Source of the DNA: Thermoanaerobaculia bacterium
GTDB lineage: Bacteria; Acidobacteriota; Thermoanaerobaculia; Gp7-AA8
Direction of reading: 5' to 3'
Assembly (NCBI GenBank): GCA_036389275.1
Contig: DASVQE010000052.1
Coordinates: 99,637-163,636 of the forward strand
DNA length: 64,000 nt
The position numbers were made by a program, and so were the translations under genes. The notes beneath the pieces are model-generated. The model searched no databases. It worked only from the letters and a program-made list of their open reading frames with translations, and had not been told where the DNA came from. Below are positions 52,271 to 61,924 of this stretch, in pieces. The stretch's first letter is position 1. Every line of letters starts with the position of its first letter.

Positions 52271-52633
52271 TCAGTACTCCATGTCGTGATCGTGCAGGCC
52301 GAAGTAGTGGCCGAGCTCGTGGATCACCGTCTCGCGGATCTCGTGCAGGGCATCGCCGCGCGTGCGCGCCACGCGGTTGATCGGGCCGCGGAAGATGGCG
52401 ATCTGGTCGGGCAGCATCGGGAGCATGTCGTGCGTGCGCTGGGTGAGCGCGACGCCGCGGTAGATGCCGAGCAGCTCGCCGTGCTCGTCGTCGAGCAGCT
52501 CGAGATCTTCGTCGCTCGGCTCCTCCTCGACCACGATGGCGACGTTGCGCACGAGCTGCGCGAATTCCGGCGGAAGCGTGGCGAGCGCCTCGGTCACGAG
52601 GCGCTCGAACTCACGCGGTGGGATGAAGGACAA
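52271..52633 (-). CDS. Zn metallopeptidase-like protein (DUF1025/zincin-like)
   Basis: HELGHYFG. Confidence 0.65.
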   Translation of the reverse strand: MSFIPPREFERLVTEALATLPPEFAQLVRNVAIVVEEEPSDEDLELLDDEHGELLGIYRGVALTQRTHDMLPMLPDQIAIFRGPINRVARTRGDALHEIRETVIHELGHYFGLHDHDMEY

Positions 52634-52636
52634 GCA

Positions 52637-55600
52637 CTACCAGCCGGGGATGATGTTGAAGCCGTAGACGATGTCTTCGTTCGGGCGCTGGAACGGCTTG
52701 GCGGCGTAGAACTCGAGCGGGATGTAGCTGAGCAGGATGCGCAGTCCCGCGCCGACGCTGAAGACCGGCACGCGCGCGTCGCTGGTGGTGGTGTAACGCC
52801 AGTCGACCTTGTCGTTGCGCGTCCAGGCGGCGCCGGCATCGGCGAAGGCGAAGATCTCGGTCGGGAGGAACGAGGCGTTGATCAGGCCGAACTCGCGCGT
52901 GCCGAGGAGCGGCGCGCGGAGCTCGACGCTGCCGACCGCGATCTTCGAGCCGACCAGGCGGTCGAACACGGGACAGGCGGTCGTTCCCGGCGCGGCCACG
53001 CACTCGGAGGCGTTGATCGAGTAGGGATCGTAGCCGCGCACGAGCGAGCCCTGGCCGAGGTAGAGCGGCGTGAGGCGCTCATCCTCGGCGCCGCCGCCGT
53101 AGCGGCCGTAGTGCAGGCCGCGCACCGCGAGCGTCAGCGGGCGCATGAAGAAGTAGCGGCGCCAGTCGGCGAGCGCGGTCTGGAACGAGAAGTCGCCGCG
53201 CAGCGCCTCGACTTCGTAGCGGTAGCGCGTGCCGTTGATCGGCGAGATGAAGCCGTAGATCGAGCTGTCGCCGACGAACGCGCTCGACGCTTTGCTCAGG
53301 TTGATCGTGAACGAGCCGGGCAGCCGCTCGTTGGTGCGGTCGACGATGTCATTCCCGACCACGATCACCGTCTCGAGCTCGCGGCGGAACGCGTAGCGCT
53401 GCACGCCGACCGCGCCTTCGAGGCGGCGCGTCGTGCTGAACGGATACTGCGCGAGGCCGCTCACGTCGGTGATCATCTGCACTTCGCGGTACTGCTGATA
53501 GATGTCGGCGAGGACGTTTTGCCCGTCGACGTTGACCACGTCGCGGAAGGCCGCGGCCTCGCCGTAGACGTAGGGGATGTGGGTGAGGTCGGCGCCCCAG
53601 TTCAGGCGCGATTTCTGGTTGAGGTAGAACAGCTCGCCGCCGAGCTGCTCGGCGAGATTCGACGAGCCGCCGCCGCTGGTGCCGCCGCCCTGGAAGGTGA
53701 AGCCGACGTTGTGCTGTCCGAGGATGTCGCTGAAGAAGGCGCTGACGCTGCCGCCCGCGCCGACGCCGAAGTTGCCGACGCCGACGCCGAGGCTGGGCGG
53801 GCCGAGGTAGGCGAGATGGAGGTCAGGGCTGTAGTTGCGCTCGCGGAACTCCGCGGTCGACGGCGGCAGACCTTCCTCCGGCCGCATCAGGTAGTTGGTG
53901 ATCTCCGAGCCGCCGCCGCGCAACGGCGGCAGGAGCGCGCCGCGCGGAGCGGCACCCTCGGACGGCGCCGGCGTCGCGGCGATCTCGGTGCCGGCCGTCT
54001 GCGGCGGCAGCGTGTAGAGGTTGTAGTTGTCGTCCTCGAACACCGAGAAGGCGATGTCGCCGCTGCGCGACGCCACCGTCAGCGCCGGCGACATCTCGGT
54101 GATGCCGGCCACGCCGCTCTGCACGGACGTCAGTTTGGAAAGACGTCCATCCGTAAGTCCGATTCGATAGACATCCGGAATGCCTTCCGGATTGCTGATG
54201 AAGTAGAGCGCGGTGCCGTCGGGCGACCACTGCGGATTGATGTGCTTCGCCGCCGGGAACGCGTCGATGAGCCGCACCGCGCCGCTGGCGACGTCGATGG
54301 TGGCCAGGCGCATCTCGGTGAAGCGCAACTGCTCGAGCACCGTGTTCGTGCCGCGGTCGGTGACGAAGGCGATGGTGCGGCCGTCGGGCGAGAAGACCGG
54401 CTGCATGTCGGCGAACTTGTCGGCGGTGAGGCGCCGCACCTGCTTCGAGTCGAGGTCGTAGAGGAACAGATCGCTCACGCCGGTGGTCTGGCCGGCGATG
54501 GCGACGGTGTGGCCGTCCGGCGCCCAGGCTACGTTGGTGATCGCCTCGAGCCCCGGCACCTTGATGTGATCGATGTGGCGCGACTCGACGTCGACGATGG
54601 AGAGCAGGTTGTCGCCTTTGGCGAAAGTGATGAAGGCGAGGCGGCGGCTGTCGGGCGACCAGGCGCCGGCCGACTCGATGAAGCGCAGCGACTCGAAGTG
54701 CGGATCGCGATCGGACGACACCAGCTTGCGGATCACCTTGCCGGTGTGCGCGTCGGCGAGAAAGAGATCGATGGAGAAGAGCTCGCGCGCCGAGAGGAAC
54801 GCGAGATAGCGGCCGTCGGGACTGAGCGCCGGGCCGACGTTCAGCTCACTCGAGCCGCGGCCGCGCTTCTTGCCCATCACCGGCTTGCGGCCGACGATCG
54901 GGTTGCCGGTGCTGTTCGCACGCGCCTGGATGATCGGGTTGTAGAGCTCGCGCGCCGACTCGGCCCAGTCGGCGAAGAGCTGTTTGTCGGACATCGACAG
55001 CGCGCGCTGGAAGGCTTCTTCGACGCCGACCGCGCCGGCCGCGAGGAAGTAGCGCACCACCGACTCGTCGCCGAAGCGCGCGCCGATGTAGGCCATCAGC
55101 GCTTCGCCGTAGCGGTACGGGAAGTAGCGCGGATCGCGGGTGAGCGTGCGGAGATTCGGCAGGCGGTCGTAGACGGTGGCGTCGCGGATCCACATCGAGG
55201 TGAGCGGATCGACGCGGCCTTTCGAAAAGTACTCGGCCATGCCTTCGACGAGCCACAGCGGCATCGCCTCGAGGGCGAAGCGGCGGCGGTTCTGATTCGC
55301 GGTGGCGGCGATGTCGTACTGGAAGACGTGCACGATCTCGTGGCCGAGGACGTGGTCGTTCTCCGCGTAGTCGCCGGTGAGCGGCAGCACGACGCGGTTC
55401 ATGAAGGCGTCGGTGAAACCGCCGGTGCCTTCGCCGATGATCCCGCCGGTGGTGGTGGTCTGATGGAAGTCGGCGGAGTTGGCGTAGAGCACGATCGGCT
55501 TGCGGCGGAAGGAGTGGTTGAACACGCGCGAGAGCCGCGCGTACCACCGCTCCGCCTGGCGGCCGACGTCGCGCACGACGTCCGCTTCCTGGTCGTAGTA

Positions 55601-55747
55601 GTAGATGTCGAAGTGCTCGGTCTGGAGCACCTTGAAATCGAAGTTCTCCCACTGGACCTTGTTGCGCCCGAAGTACTGCGCCTGGGCGGCAGGAGTGAGG
55701 ATGGCGACGACCAGCGCAACGAGAAGAACTCGAACAGCGATACGCAT
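52637..55747 (-). CDS. Large secreted multidomain protein: HExxH region, TolB-like PD40 beta-propeller repeats, C-terminal Omp85/surface-antigen-like beta-barrel
   Basis: Signal peptide. HEIVHVFQYD. Repeated PD40-like motifs. C-terminal beta-barrel-like end. Confidence 0.7.
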   Translation of the reverse strand: MRIAVRVLLVALVVAILTPAAQAQYFGRNKVQWENFDFKVLQTEHFDIYYYDQEADVVRDVGRQAERWYARLSRVFNHSFRRKPIVLYANSADFHQTTTTGGIIGEGTGGFTDAFMNRVVLPLTGDYAENDHVLGHEIVHVFQYDIAATANQNRRRFALEAMPLWLVEGMAEYFSKGRVDPLTSMWIRDATVYDRLPNLRTLTRDPRYFPYRYGEALMAYIGARFGDESVVRYFLAAGAVGVEEAFQRALSMSDKQLFADWAESARELYNPIIQARANSTGNPIVGRKPVMGKKRGRGSSELNVGPALSPDGRYLAFLSARELFSIDLFLADAHTGKVIRKLVSSDRDPHFESLRFIESAGAWSPDSRRLAFITFAKGDNLLSIVDVESRHIDHIKVPGLEAITNVAWAPDGHTVAIAGQTTGVSDLFLYDLDSKQVRRLTADKFADMQPVFSPDGRTIAFVTDRGTNTVLEQLRFTEMRLATIDVASGAVRLIDAFPAAKHINPQWSPDGTALYFISNPEGIPDVYRIGLTDGRLSKLTSVQSGVAGITEMSPALTVASRSGDIAFSVFEDDNYNLYTLPPQTAGTEIAATPAPSEGAAPRGALLPPLRGGGSEITNYLMRPEEGLPPSTAEFRERNYSPDLHLAYLGPPSLGVGVGNFGVGAGGSVSAFFSDILGQHNVGFTFQGGGTSGGGSSNLAEQLGGELFYLNQKSRLNWGADLTHIPYVYGEAAAFRDVVNVDGQNVLADIYQQYREVQMITDVSGLAQYPFSTTRRLEGAVGVQRYAFRRELETVIVVGNDIVDRTNERLPGSFTINLSKASSAFVGDSSIYGFISPINGTRYRYEVEALRGDFSFQTALADWRRYFFMRPLTLAVRGLHYGRYGGGAEDERLTPLYLGQGSLVRGYDPYSINASECVAAPGTTACPVFDRLVGSKIAVGSVELRAPLLGTREFGLINASFLPTEIFAFADAGAAWTRNDKVDWRYTTTSDARVPVFSVGAGLRILLSYIPLEFYAAKPFQRPNEDIVYGFNIIPGW

Positions 55748-55905
55748 CAAGACACCTCGGTTGTAGTTGAACAGCACCGAAAGCGGTCGCGGGTGCAAGT
55801 TTGTTGCCCCGGAAATTCCGCGGGCGCAAAACCTTCGATGACGAACGGGCGCGCGCGCGCCGCGGCGCAGTCCGCTCCGGCGCAGGCGTTGCTACACCGC
55901 TGCTC

Positions 55906-56718
55906 ATGCGCATCCCAGCTCTCTTTCTCGCCGTTCTCCTCACGGTCCCGGCCGTTTTCGCGCAGCTCAAGCCGCAGCCGAACGATCTCTTCGTCCCCGA
56001 GACCTCGGCCAACCGCATGGTCATCCCCATCGCCGGCGAAGTGCAGGGCAACAACAACACGCACTTCCGCAGCGACATCAGCATCATCAACTTCCGCGAC
56101 GTCACCCAGAACATCGAGCTGCGCTGGCTGCCGGAAGGCGAGAGCGGCGAAGACCTCGAGCCGTTCCGCATCGAGCTGCCCGCGCGCAGCGGTTTCTTCT
56201 CGGAAAACTTCGTGGCCACGGTGATGAAGCGCAGCGGCCTCGGCGGGATCGAGATCGTCGGCGTCAATGCCGACGGCTCGATCGACGAGAACGCGCGCAT
56301 CCACGTGACCTCGCGCATCTGGACGCCCGAGCCGAACGTCCCGAACGGGACGATGTCGCAGACGTTTCCGGCGGTGATTCACACGAGCGCGGCCGGCCCG
56401 CTGCGCTGGATCTTCGGCGTGCGTCGCAGCGATCAGTACCGCCTCAACGCCGGCATCACCAACCTGTCGAGCTCCGCGCAGCGCTTTCGCGTGACGGCGG
56501 TCGGCAGCACGGGCGGCGCGGAGACGCCGGTCGAGTTCGAGATGCCGTCGCGCTCGATCCGGCAGATCACGCTGGCCGGTGCGGGAACGGGTTCGTTCCA
56601 GGTGGTGGTGCAGAACATCAGCCCGACGCCGTCGTCGTCGTTCGAAGCGTGGGCGTCGTCGATCGACAACGTGACGGGCGACGCCTGGTCGCAGATCGCC
56701 TTCCCGGCGCCGCAATAG
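55906..56718 (+). CDS. Secreted hypothetical protein
   Basis: Signal peptide MRIPALFLAVLLTVPAVFAQ. Confidence 0.5.
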   Translation: MRIPALFLAVLLTVPAVFAQLKPQPNDLFVPETSANRMVIPIAGEVQGNNNTHFRSDISIINFRDVTQNIELRWLPEGESGEDLEPFRIELPARSGFFSENFVATVMKRSGLGGIEIVGVNADGSIDENARIHVTSRIWTPEPNVPNGTMSQTFPAVIHTSAAGPLRWIFGVRRSDQYRLNAGITNLSSSAQRFRVTAVGSTGGAETPVEFEMPSRSIRQITLAGAGTGSFQVVVQNISPTPSSSFEAWASSIDNVTGDAWSQIAFPAPQ

Positions 56719-56723
56719 CTGAC

Positions 56724-57707
56724 GTGCGAGCGGTCGTCATTCTCGCGATCGTGCTGGTGCTCGTCATCGGCGCGGTCGTCTTCGCGCGCGGCCGCAACGC
56801 ACGTCCGCTGCCGCTCGCACCTGCCGGCGAGCGGCAGCGCGCGCTGGCCGCGGAGCTGCGGCGCGACGTGGAGCGGCTCTGCGCGCGCGCGCCGCGCAAC
56901 ACGTTCGTGCCTGCGAATCTGCACGCGGCCGCGGACGACATCGTGCGCGAGCTGGAGGCGGCCGGCTATCGCGTGACGCGGCAGACATTCGCGATGAGCG
57001 ATGGCGCGACGCGCGTCGACAACATCGAGGCGGAGCTGCGCGGCGCGACGCGTCCGGAGGAGATCGTGGTGATCGGCGCGCACTACGACGCCGTCGATGA
57101 CGCGCCGGGCGCCGACGACAACGCCAGCGGCACCGCGGCGATGCTGGCGCTGGCGCGCCGCTTCGCGCAGGCGAGGCCGGCGCGCACGCTGCGCTTCGTC
57201 GCCTTCGCGAACGAAGAGCCGCCGCACTTTCAGACGCGCGACATGGGGAGCTGGCAGTACGCGAGGCGCTGCAGCGAGCGGAAAGAGAAGATCGTGGCGA
57301 TGGTGAGCCTCGAGTCCGTCGGCTACTACGACACGCGCAAGGGCTCGCAGCAGTACCCGCAGCCGCTGGCGGCGCTCTATCCCGACACGGGCGATTTCAT
57401 CGGGCTCGTGGGCAACGTGAAGTCGGCGGCGCTGGTGAACCGCTGCAAGCGCGCCTATCGCAAACAGGCCGCGGTGCCGCTGCAGACGGCGGTGCTGCCG
57501 GAGGCGGTGCCGGGCGCGGGCTGGTCGGATCAGTGGGCGTTCTGGCAGTTCGGCTATCCGGCGGTGATGGTCACCGACACGGCGCTCTTCCGCAATCCGC
57601 ACTATCACACACGCAGTGATACGCCTGACACACTCGACTATGACAGGATGTCACGCGTGGTGGAAGCGCTGGAGGACGTGGTGCGCGAGCTGGGCGGCGT
57701 TTCATAA
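56724..57707 (+). CDS. M28-family Zn aminopeptidase, membrane anchored (GTG start)
   Basis: HYDAVDDAPGADDNASG. Confidence 0.75.
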   Translation: MRAVVILAIVLVLVIGAVVFARGRNARPLPLAPAGERQRALAAELRRDVERLCARAPRNTFVPANLHAAADDIVRELEAAGYRVTRQTFAMSDGATRVDNIEAELRGATRPEEIVVIGAHYDAVDDAPGADDNASGTAAMLALARRFAQARPARTLRFVAFANEEPPHFQTRDMGSWQYARRCSERKEKIVAMVSLESVGYYDTRKGSQQYPQPLAALYPDTGDFIGLVGNVKSAALVNRCKRAYRKQAAVPLQTAVLPEAVPGAGWSDQWAFWQFGYPAVMVTDTALFRNPHYHTRSDTPDTLDYDRMSRVVEALEDVVRELGGVS

Positions 57708-57714
57708 TCGCGGC

Positions 57715-58782
57715 GTGCCGTCGCTTTTCTTCACCGGCTTTCCCGGCTTCCTCGGATCGGAGTTGCTGCCGCGCGTGCTCTTCCGCTCCGAAGACGTGGC
57801 GCTCTGCCTGGTGCAGCCGAAGTTCCGCGCGGCGGCGGAGGCCCGCATGCGCGCGCTCGAGGCCGCGCAGCCGGCGCTGGCCGGACGCATCCGGCTGGTG
57901 GACGGCGACCTCACCGCGTCGCTCGACGCCATCGATGTGCGCGACGTACGCGAGGTCTATCACCTCGCCGCGATCTACGACCTCACCGTGCCGCGCGAGC
58001 TCGGGATGCGCGTGAACGTCACCGGCACGGCGCGCGTGCTCGACCTGGCCGAGCGCGCGCCGCGGCTCGAGCGGCTGCACTACGTCAGCACCTGCTACGT
58101 CAGCGGCCGCTACGCCGGCGTTTTTCGCGAGGACGATCTCGAGAAAGGGCAGCGCTTCAACAATTACTACGAGGAGACTAAGTACCTCGCCGAAGTGGAA
58201 GTGCGGCGGCGGATGTCGCGCATCCCGACCACGATCTACCGTCCGTCGGTGGTGGTGGGCGACAGCGCCACCGGCGCCACGCAGAAGTTCGACGGTCCGT
58301 ACTTTGTGATGCAGTGGCTGATGCGGCAGCCGCAGGTGGCGATGCTGCCGGTGGCCGGCCGCCCGTCGCGCTACACGTTCAACGTCGTGCCGCGCGACTT
58401 CGTGGTGAACGCGCTCGACTTTCTGAGCGCGCAGCACGGCAACGCCGGCCGCACCTACGCGCTGGCCGACCCGAATCCGCTCACCGTCGACGAAACCATC
58501 TCCGTCCTCGCCGCCGCCACCGGCCGCACCGTGGTGCGCATCCCGCTGCCGAAAGCGCTCGCCAAGTTCGCGCTCCGCTCGGTCCCCGGCGTCTATCGCC
58601 TGATGCGCATTCCCGCCGACGCCGTCGACTACTTCGTCCATCCGACGACGTACGACACCACGCACGCCACCACCGACCTGGCCGGCTCCGGCATCGCTGT
58701 CCCGCCGCTGCGCACGTACGCGGCGCGGCTGGTGGAGTTTGCGAAAGCGCATCCGGAGATCGGGGCGGCGGCGATGGCGTGA
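57715..58782 (+). CDS. NAD-dependent epimerase/dehydratase (NAD_binding_4-like, GTG start)
   Basis: FFTGFPGFLGSELL. YxxxK present. Confidence 0.7.
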   Translation: MPSLFFTGFPGFLGSELLPRVLFRSEDVALCLVQPKFRAAAEARMRALEAAQPALAGRIRLVDGDLTASLDAIDVRDVREVYHLAAIYDLTVPRELGMRVNVTGTARVLDLAERAPRLERLHYVSTCYVSGRYAGVFREDDLEKGQRFNNYYEETKYLAEVEVRRRMSRIPTTIYRPSVVVGDSATGATQKFDGPYFVMQWLMRQPQVAMLPVAGRPSRYTFNVVPRDFVVNALDFLSAQHGNAGRTYALADPNPLTVDETISVLAAATGRTVVRIPLPKALAKFALRSVPGVYRLMRIPADAVDYFVHPTTYDTTHATTDLAGSGIAVPPLRTYAARLVEFAKAHPEIGAAAMA

Positions 58783-58787
58783 AGGAT

Positions 58788-58876
58788 GGGTCCTCGGCTC
58801 CTCGGCTCCTCGGGTCCTCGGGTTTACTCGGGTGGTGGTCTCCCGAGGAGCCGAGGAGCCGAGGACCCGAGGAGCC
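58788..58876. terminator. Bidirectional hairpin built from four tandem 8-mers (GGnTCCTC) and their inverted copies
   Basis: gggtcctcggctcctcggctcctcgggtcctcggg … tcccgaggagccgaggagccgaggacccgaggagcc, between convergent genes. Confidence 0.5.
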
Positions 58877-58884
58877 TCGTCCCG

Positions 58885-60444
58885 CTACCTCTCCGCCACC
58901 AACCCCACCGCCCGGACCCGCTCCGATGCGCGTGCGAGGGCGTTGTCGTGTCCGTAGATGTCCTCGTAGAAATGCACGCTCCCGTCTTTCTCGGCGACGG
59001 CGGTGGCGTAGAGGAGCAGCACCGGGATGGCTTGCGGCAGGCGGACGTAGAGGTCGTCGCGCTGGCCGGCGATGGCGGCGCGGATTTTCTCCGGGGTCCA
59101 CTGCGGCTGTTCGCGCAGCGACCAGGCGGCGAGGGCGACCGGGTCTTCGACGCGGATGCAGCCGTGGCTGAAGTCGCGGCGGGTGCGGGCGAAGAGCGAC
59201 GGCGACGGGGTCGAGTGCAGATAGACGTCGTGCTCGTTGGGGAAGACGAACTTCACCAGGCCGAGGGCGTTCGAGGCGCCGGGACGCTGTCGGACGCGCA
59301 GCGTGCGCGCGCGGAGCTGCTCGATGGTGGCGTCGTCGATCGCCGCCGCGCGCGCGCTCCCGGAGTCGCTCACCAGCTCGAAGCCGTTGCGCGAGAGCCA
59401 CTCGCGGTCGCGCGTCACCTTCGGCACGATCTCGTTGCGCTGGATGTTGGCCGGCACCGACCACGTCGGGCGGAAGACGACGTGCTCGATCGCGCCGCCG
59501 AGGAGCGGCGTGCGGTGGCCGGCGGCCTTGCCGACGATCACGCGCATCGTCAGCGCATCGTCCGAAGTGCGCAGGCCGAACTCGGGGATGTTCACGATCA
59601 CGGCCGGCGCATCGCTGGCGTCCGGCATCCAGCGCCAGCGCTCGAGCGACGCTTCGATCTGCGCCACGCGCGCCGACGGCGGCACGTTCAGCGCGGCGAA
59701 GGTGCGCGCGCTGATGATGCCGTCGGCGTCGAGACCGTGGCGCGACTGGAAGTGCTTCACCGCGTCGACCAGCGCACCTTCGTAGCGCGCGCCGACCGGC
59801 GCGTCGCCGGCGAGATCGCCGTAGCGGCGCAGCGTCTCCGCGAGCTGCGGCAGCGCGTCGTACGCATCGCCCGGCTGCAGCTTCGCCACGACCGGCAGCG
59901 GCGCGCCGTCGCTCATGCGGCGGTACTGCGCCAGCGCGACGAGCAGGCGGCGATAGTCGTCGTGCTGCGGCTCGACGGAGCTCGCGATCGGGACGGGGTC
60001 GTTCGCGCTCGCCATGCGCTGCACGAGCGGCGGCAGGTAGAGGCGCTTGGCGTCGACGTCGAGGTCGACGCCGGTGCGGCGCGGATCGATGCGACCAACA
60101 TGAACGTCGGAGAGATAGCGGAGCAGGCCGGTCGTGATGGCGACGTCGAAGCGCGCCAGGTCGGCGTCGCTGCCGAGCGCGATCGGGCGCGGCTGCCAGT
60201 AGTCGGCCGGCGCGAGGCCTTTCTCGTCCGCGTGCTGCAGCAGCGCGATCACGGCGAGCGCCTGCGGCGTCGGGCGCGCGTCGCGCGTCCAGAGGAGCGC
60301 AAAGCCGTTCGGCGCGTAGGTGTTGTAGATCTCGCCGCTCGCCAGCGAGCGCACCAGCCGCGCCGAAGGCGTGACCGGCATCACTTCAACGGTCTGTGCG
60401 GAAACAGTGGAAGCCAGGAAAAGGACGAGAGCCGCGTTGCGCAT
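58885..60444 (-). CDS. L,D-transpeptidase (YcbB/YkuD family) with a PG-binding domain
   Basis: Signal peptide. HGCIRV catalytic motif. Confidence 0.8.
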   Translation of the reverse strand: MRNAALVLFLASTVSAQTVEVMPVTPSARLVRSLASGEIYNTYAPNGFALLWTRDARPTPQALAVIALLQHADEKGLAPADYWQPRPIALGSDADLARFDVAITTGLLRYLSDVHVGRIDPRRTGVDLDVDAKRLYLPPLVQRMASANDPVPIASSVEPQHDDYRRLLVALAQYRRMSDGAPLPVVAKLQPGDAYDALPQLAETLRRYGDLAGDAPVGARYEGALVDAVKHFQSRHGLDADGIISARTFAALNVPPSARVAQIEASLERWRWMPDASDAPAVIVNIPEFGLRTSDDALTMRVIVGKAAGHRTPLLGGAIEHVVFRPTWSVPANIQRNEIVPKVTRDREWLSRNGFELVSDSGSARAAAIDDATIEQLRARTLRVRQRPGASNALGLVKFVFPNEHDVYLHSTPSPSLFARTRRDFSHGCIRVEDPVALAAWSLREQPQWTPEKIRAAIAGQRDDLYVRLPQAIPVLLLYATAVAEKDGSVHFYEDIYGHDNALARASERVRAVGLVAER

Positions 60445-60518
60445 GCCCCCAATCTGAAGACCGACTGCGGCGCAAATGTGGCGGAGAGTGGGAAGTGTGG
60501 TCTGACTTTGGTGTCGGG

Positions 60519-60699
60519 TCGGGGGACGGCCGGGGGCCTCCGGCGGCTGGGGCCGAGGGCCCCAGCCCGACCCCATTGGTTGGCCTAGCCTCCGCGACAC
60601 TGTGTCGTGAGCTTGGAAGGCCGTGTCGCGGAGGCTAGGCCAACAAGCGGGGTCTGGGGCCCGTGGCCCCAGCCGCCGGAGGCCCCTCGTCGTCCCCCG
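60519..60699. repeat. About 175-bp palindromic REP/MITE-like element, copy 2
   Basis: Same element as 49017..49192 with a few substitutions in the left arm. Confidence 0.8.
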
Positions 60700-60714
60700 A
60701 ATCCCACACCAAAC

Positions 60715-61884
60715 TCAAAGCACTCCCAGCTCTACGACCGTGATCTCGCCGCCGACGGCGAGGCGCGACGGCGGGCCCCAGTAGCCGGTGCCGCGGTTCA
60801 CGTAGAGCCAGGTGCGGCCGACGCGGTGCAGGCCGGCCACGATCGGCTGGAACTTATGGATGATCAGGTTGAACGGGAAAAACTGACCGCCATGCGTATG
60901 TCCGGAAAGCTGCAGATCCACACCGAGGCGGTCGGCGGCTTTGGCGGTCTGCGGACGATGGGAGAGCAGGACCTTTACTGCCGTCTCCGGCGCGCCGGCG
61001 AGCGCGCGATCGGGATCCTGCTTGTGCGTGTAGCGCCCCATCGGATCGGTCACGCCGGCGATGACTAGGCGCGCGGTGCCGCGGGCGATCACGCGATGCT
61101 CGTTCTTCAGGAAATCGAACCCGGCATCCTGCAGCGCCGGGATCCATTCGGATGCGCGCCCGTAGTACTCGTGATTGCCGGTCACGTAGAAGACCCCGTC
61201 GCGGGCGCGCAGGTCGCGCACCGGCTCGATGTGCTCGCCCAGCGCCTCGAGCGGACCGTCGACGAAGTCTCCGGTGATGGCCACCGCGTCGGGCTGCAGC
61301 GCGTTCGTGCGCGCGACCAGCGACTCGAGGAAGCGGCGCTGGATCGTCGGTCCGACGTGCACGTCGCTCCACTGCACGATGCGGTAGCCGTCGAGCTCCG
61401 GCGGCAGATTCTCGATGGGGATGCGCACGCGGCGCACGCGCGGACAGCGCGCCTGCACCAGGCCGACCAGCGAGAGCGCGCCGGCGGTGCCGAGGATGGT
61501 CAGGCTCATCGCGCGCGCATTCAGCAGCGGCCAGCCGGGCGCGGAAGCGAGCACGCGCACCGCGGCGTAGACGGCGCGCACCACGTCGCCGAGGAGGACG
61601 AGGAAGAGGAGCGTGGAAAAGATGGCCAGCGTCGCGTAGCCGGTCCAGTGGGCGAGGCTCGACTGCAGCAGATTGTCGCGGCGGCGGAAGACGAGCGGCA
61701 GGATCGGCAGGAGCGAGAGCGCGACCAGCGCGCTCCAGGCGACGGCGGGCGCGATCCCGGCCACGGCCGCGCCGACCAGCAGCGGACGTCCGGCGTAAAC
61801 GAACAGCGACAACCAGAGCGCGGCGCTGACGACGATGCGCGTTTGCGAGGCGAGCGCGAGCTCCCGGAGCCGCTTCTTCTTCAT
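60715..61884 (-). CDS. Membrane-anchored calcineurin-like metallophosphoesterase
   Basis: GDFVD, GNHEY and GHTHGGQ motifs. Confidence 0.8.
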   Translation of the reverse strand: MKKKRLRELALASQTRIVVSAALWLSLFVYAGRPLLVGAAVAGIAPAVAWSALVALSLLPILPLVFRRRDNLLQSSLAHWTGYATLAIFSTLLFLVLLGDVVRAVYAAVRVLASAPGWPLLNARAMSLTILGTAGALSLVGLVQARCPRVRRVRIPIENLPPELDGYRIVQWSDVHVGPTIQRRFLESLVARTNALQPDAVAITGDFVDGPLEALGEHIEPVRDLRARDGVFYVTGNHEYYGRASEWIPALQDAGFDFLKNEHRVIARGTARLVIAGVTDPMGRYTHKQDPDRALAGAPETAVKVLLSHRPQTAKAADRLGVDLQLSGHTHGGQFFPFNLIIHKFQPIVAGLHRVGRTWLYVNRGTGYWGPPSRLAVGGEITVVELGVL

Positions 61885-61924
61885 GACCGATTGAAAACAG
61901 CGGCGAAACCACGCATATTCGTCG

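Noticed and set aside
52286-56224. 1312-aa + strand ORF
   Set aside because: Antisense to the 1036-aa PD40/beta-barrel gene and neighbours. Arg/Ala/Gly-rich junk.
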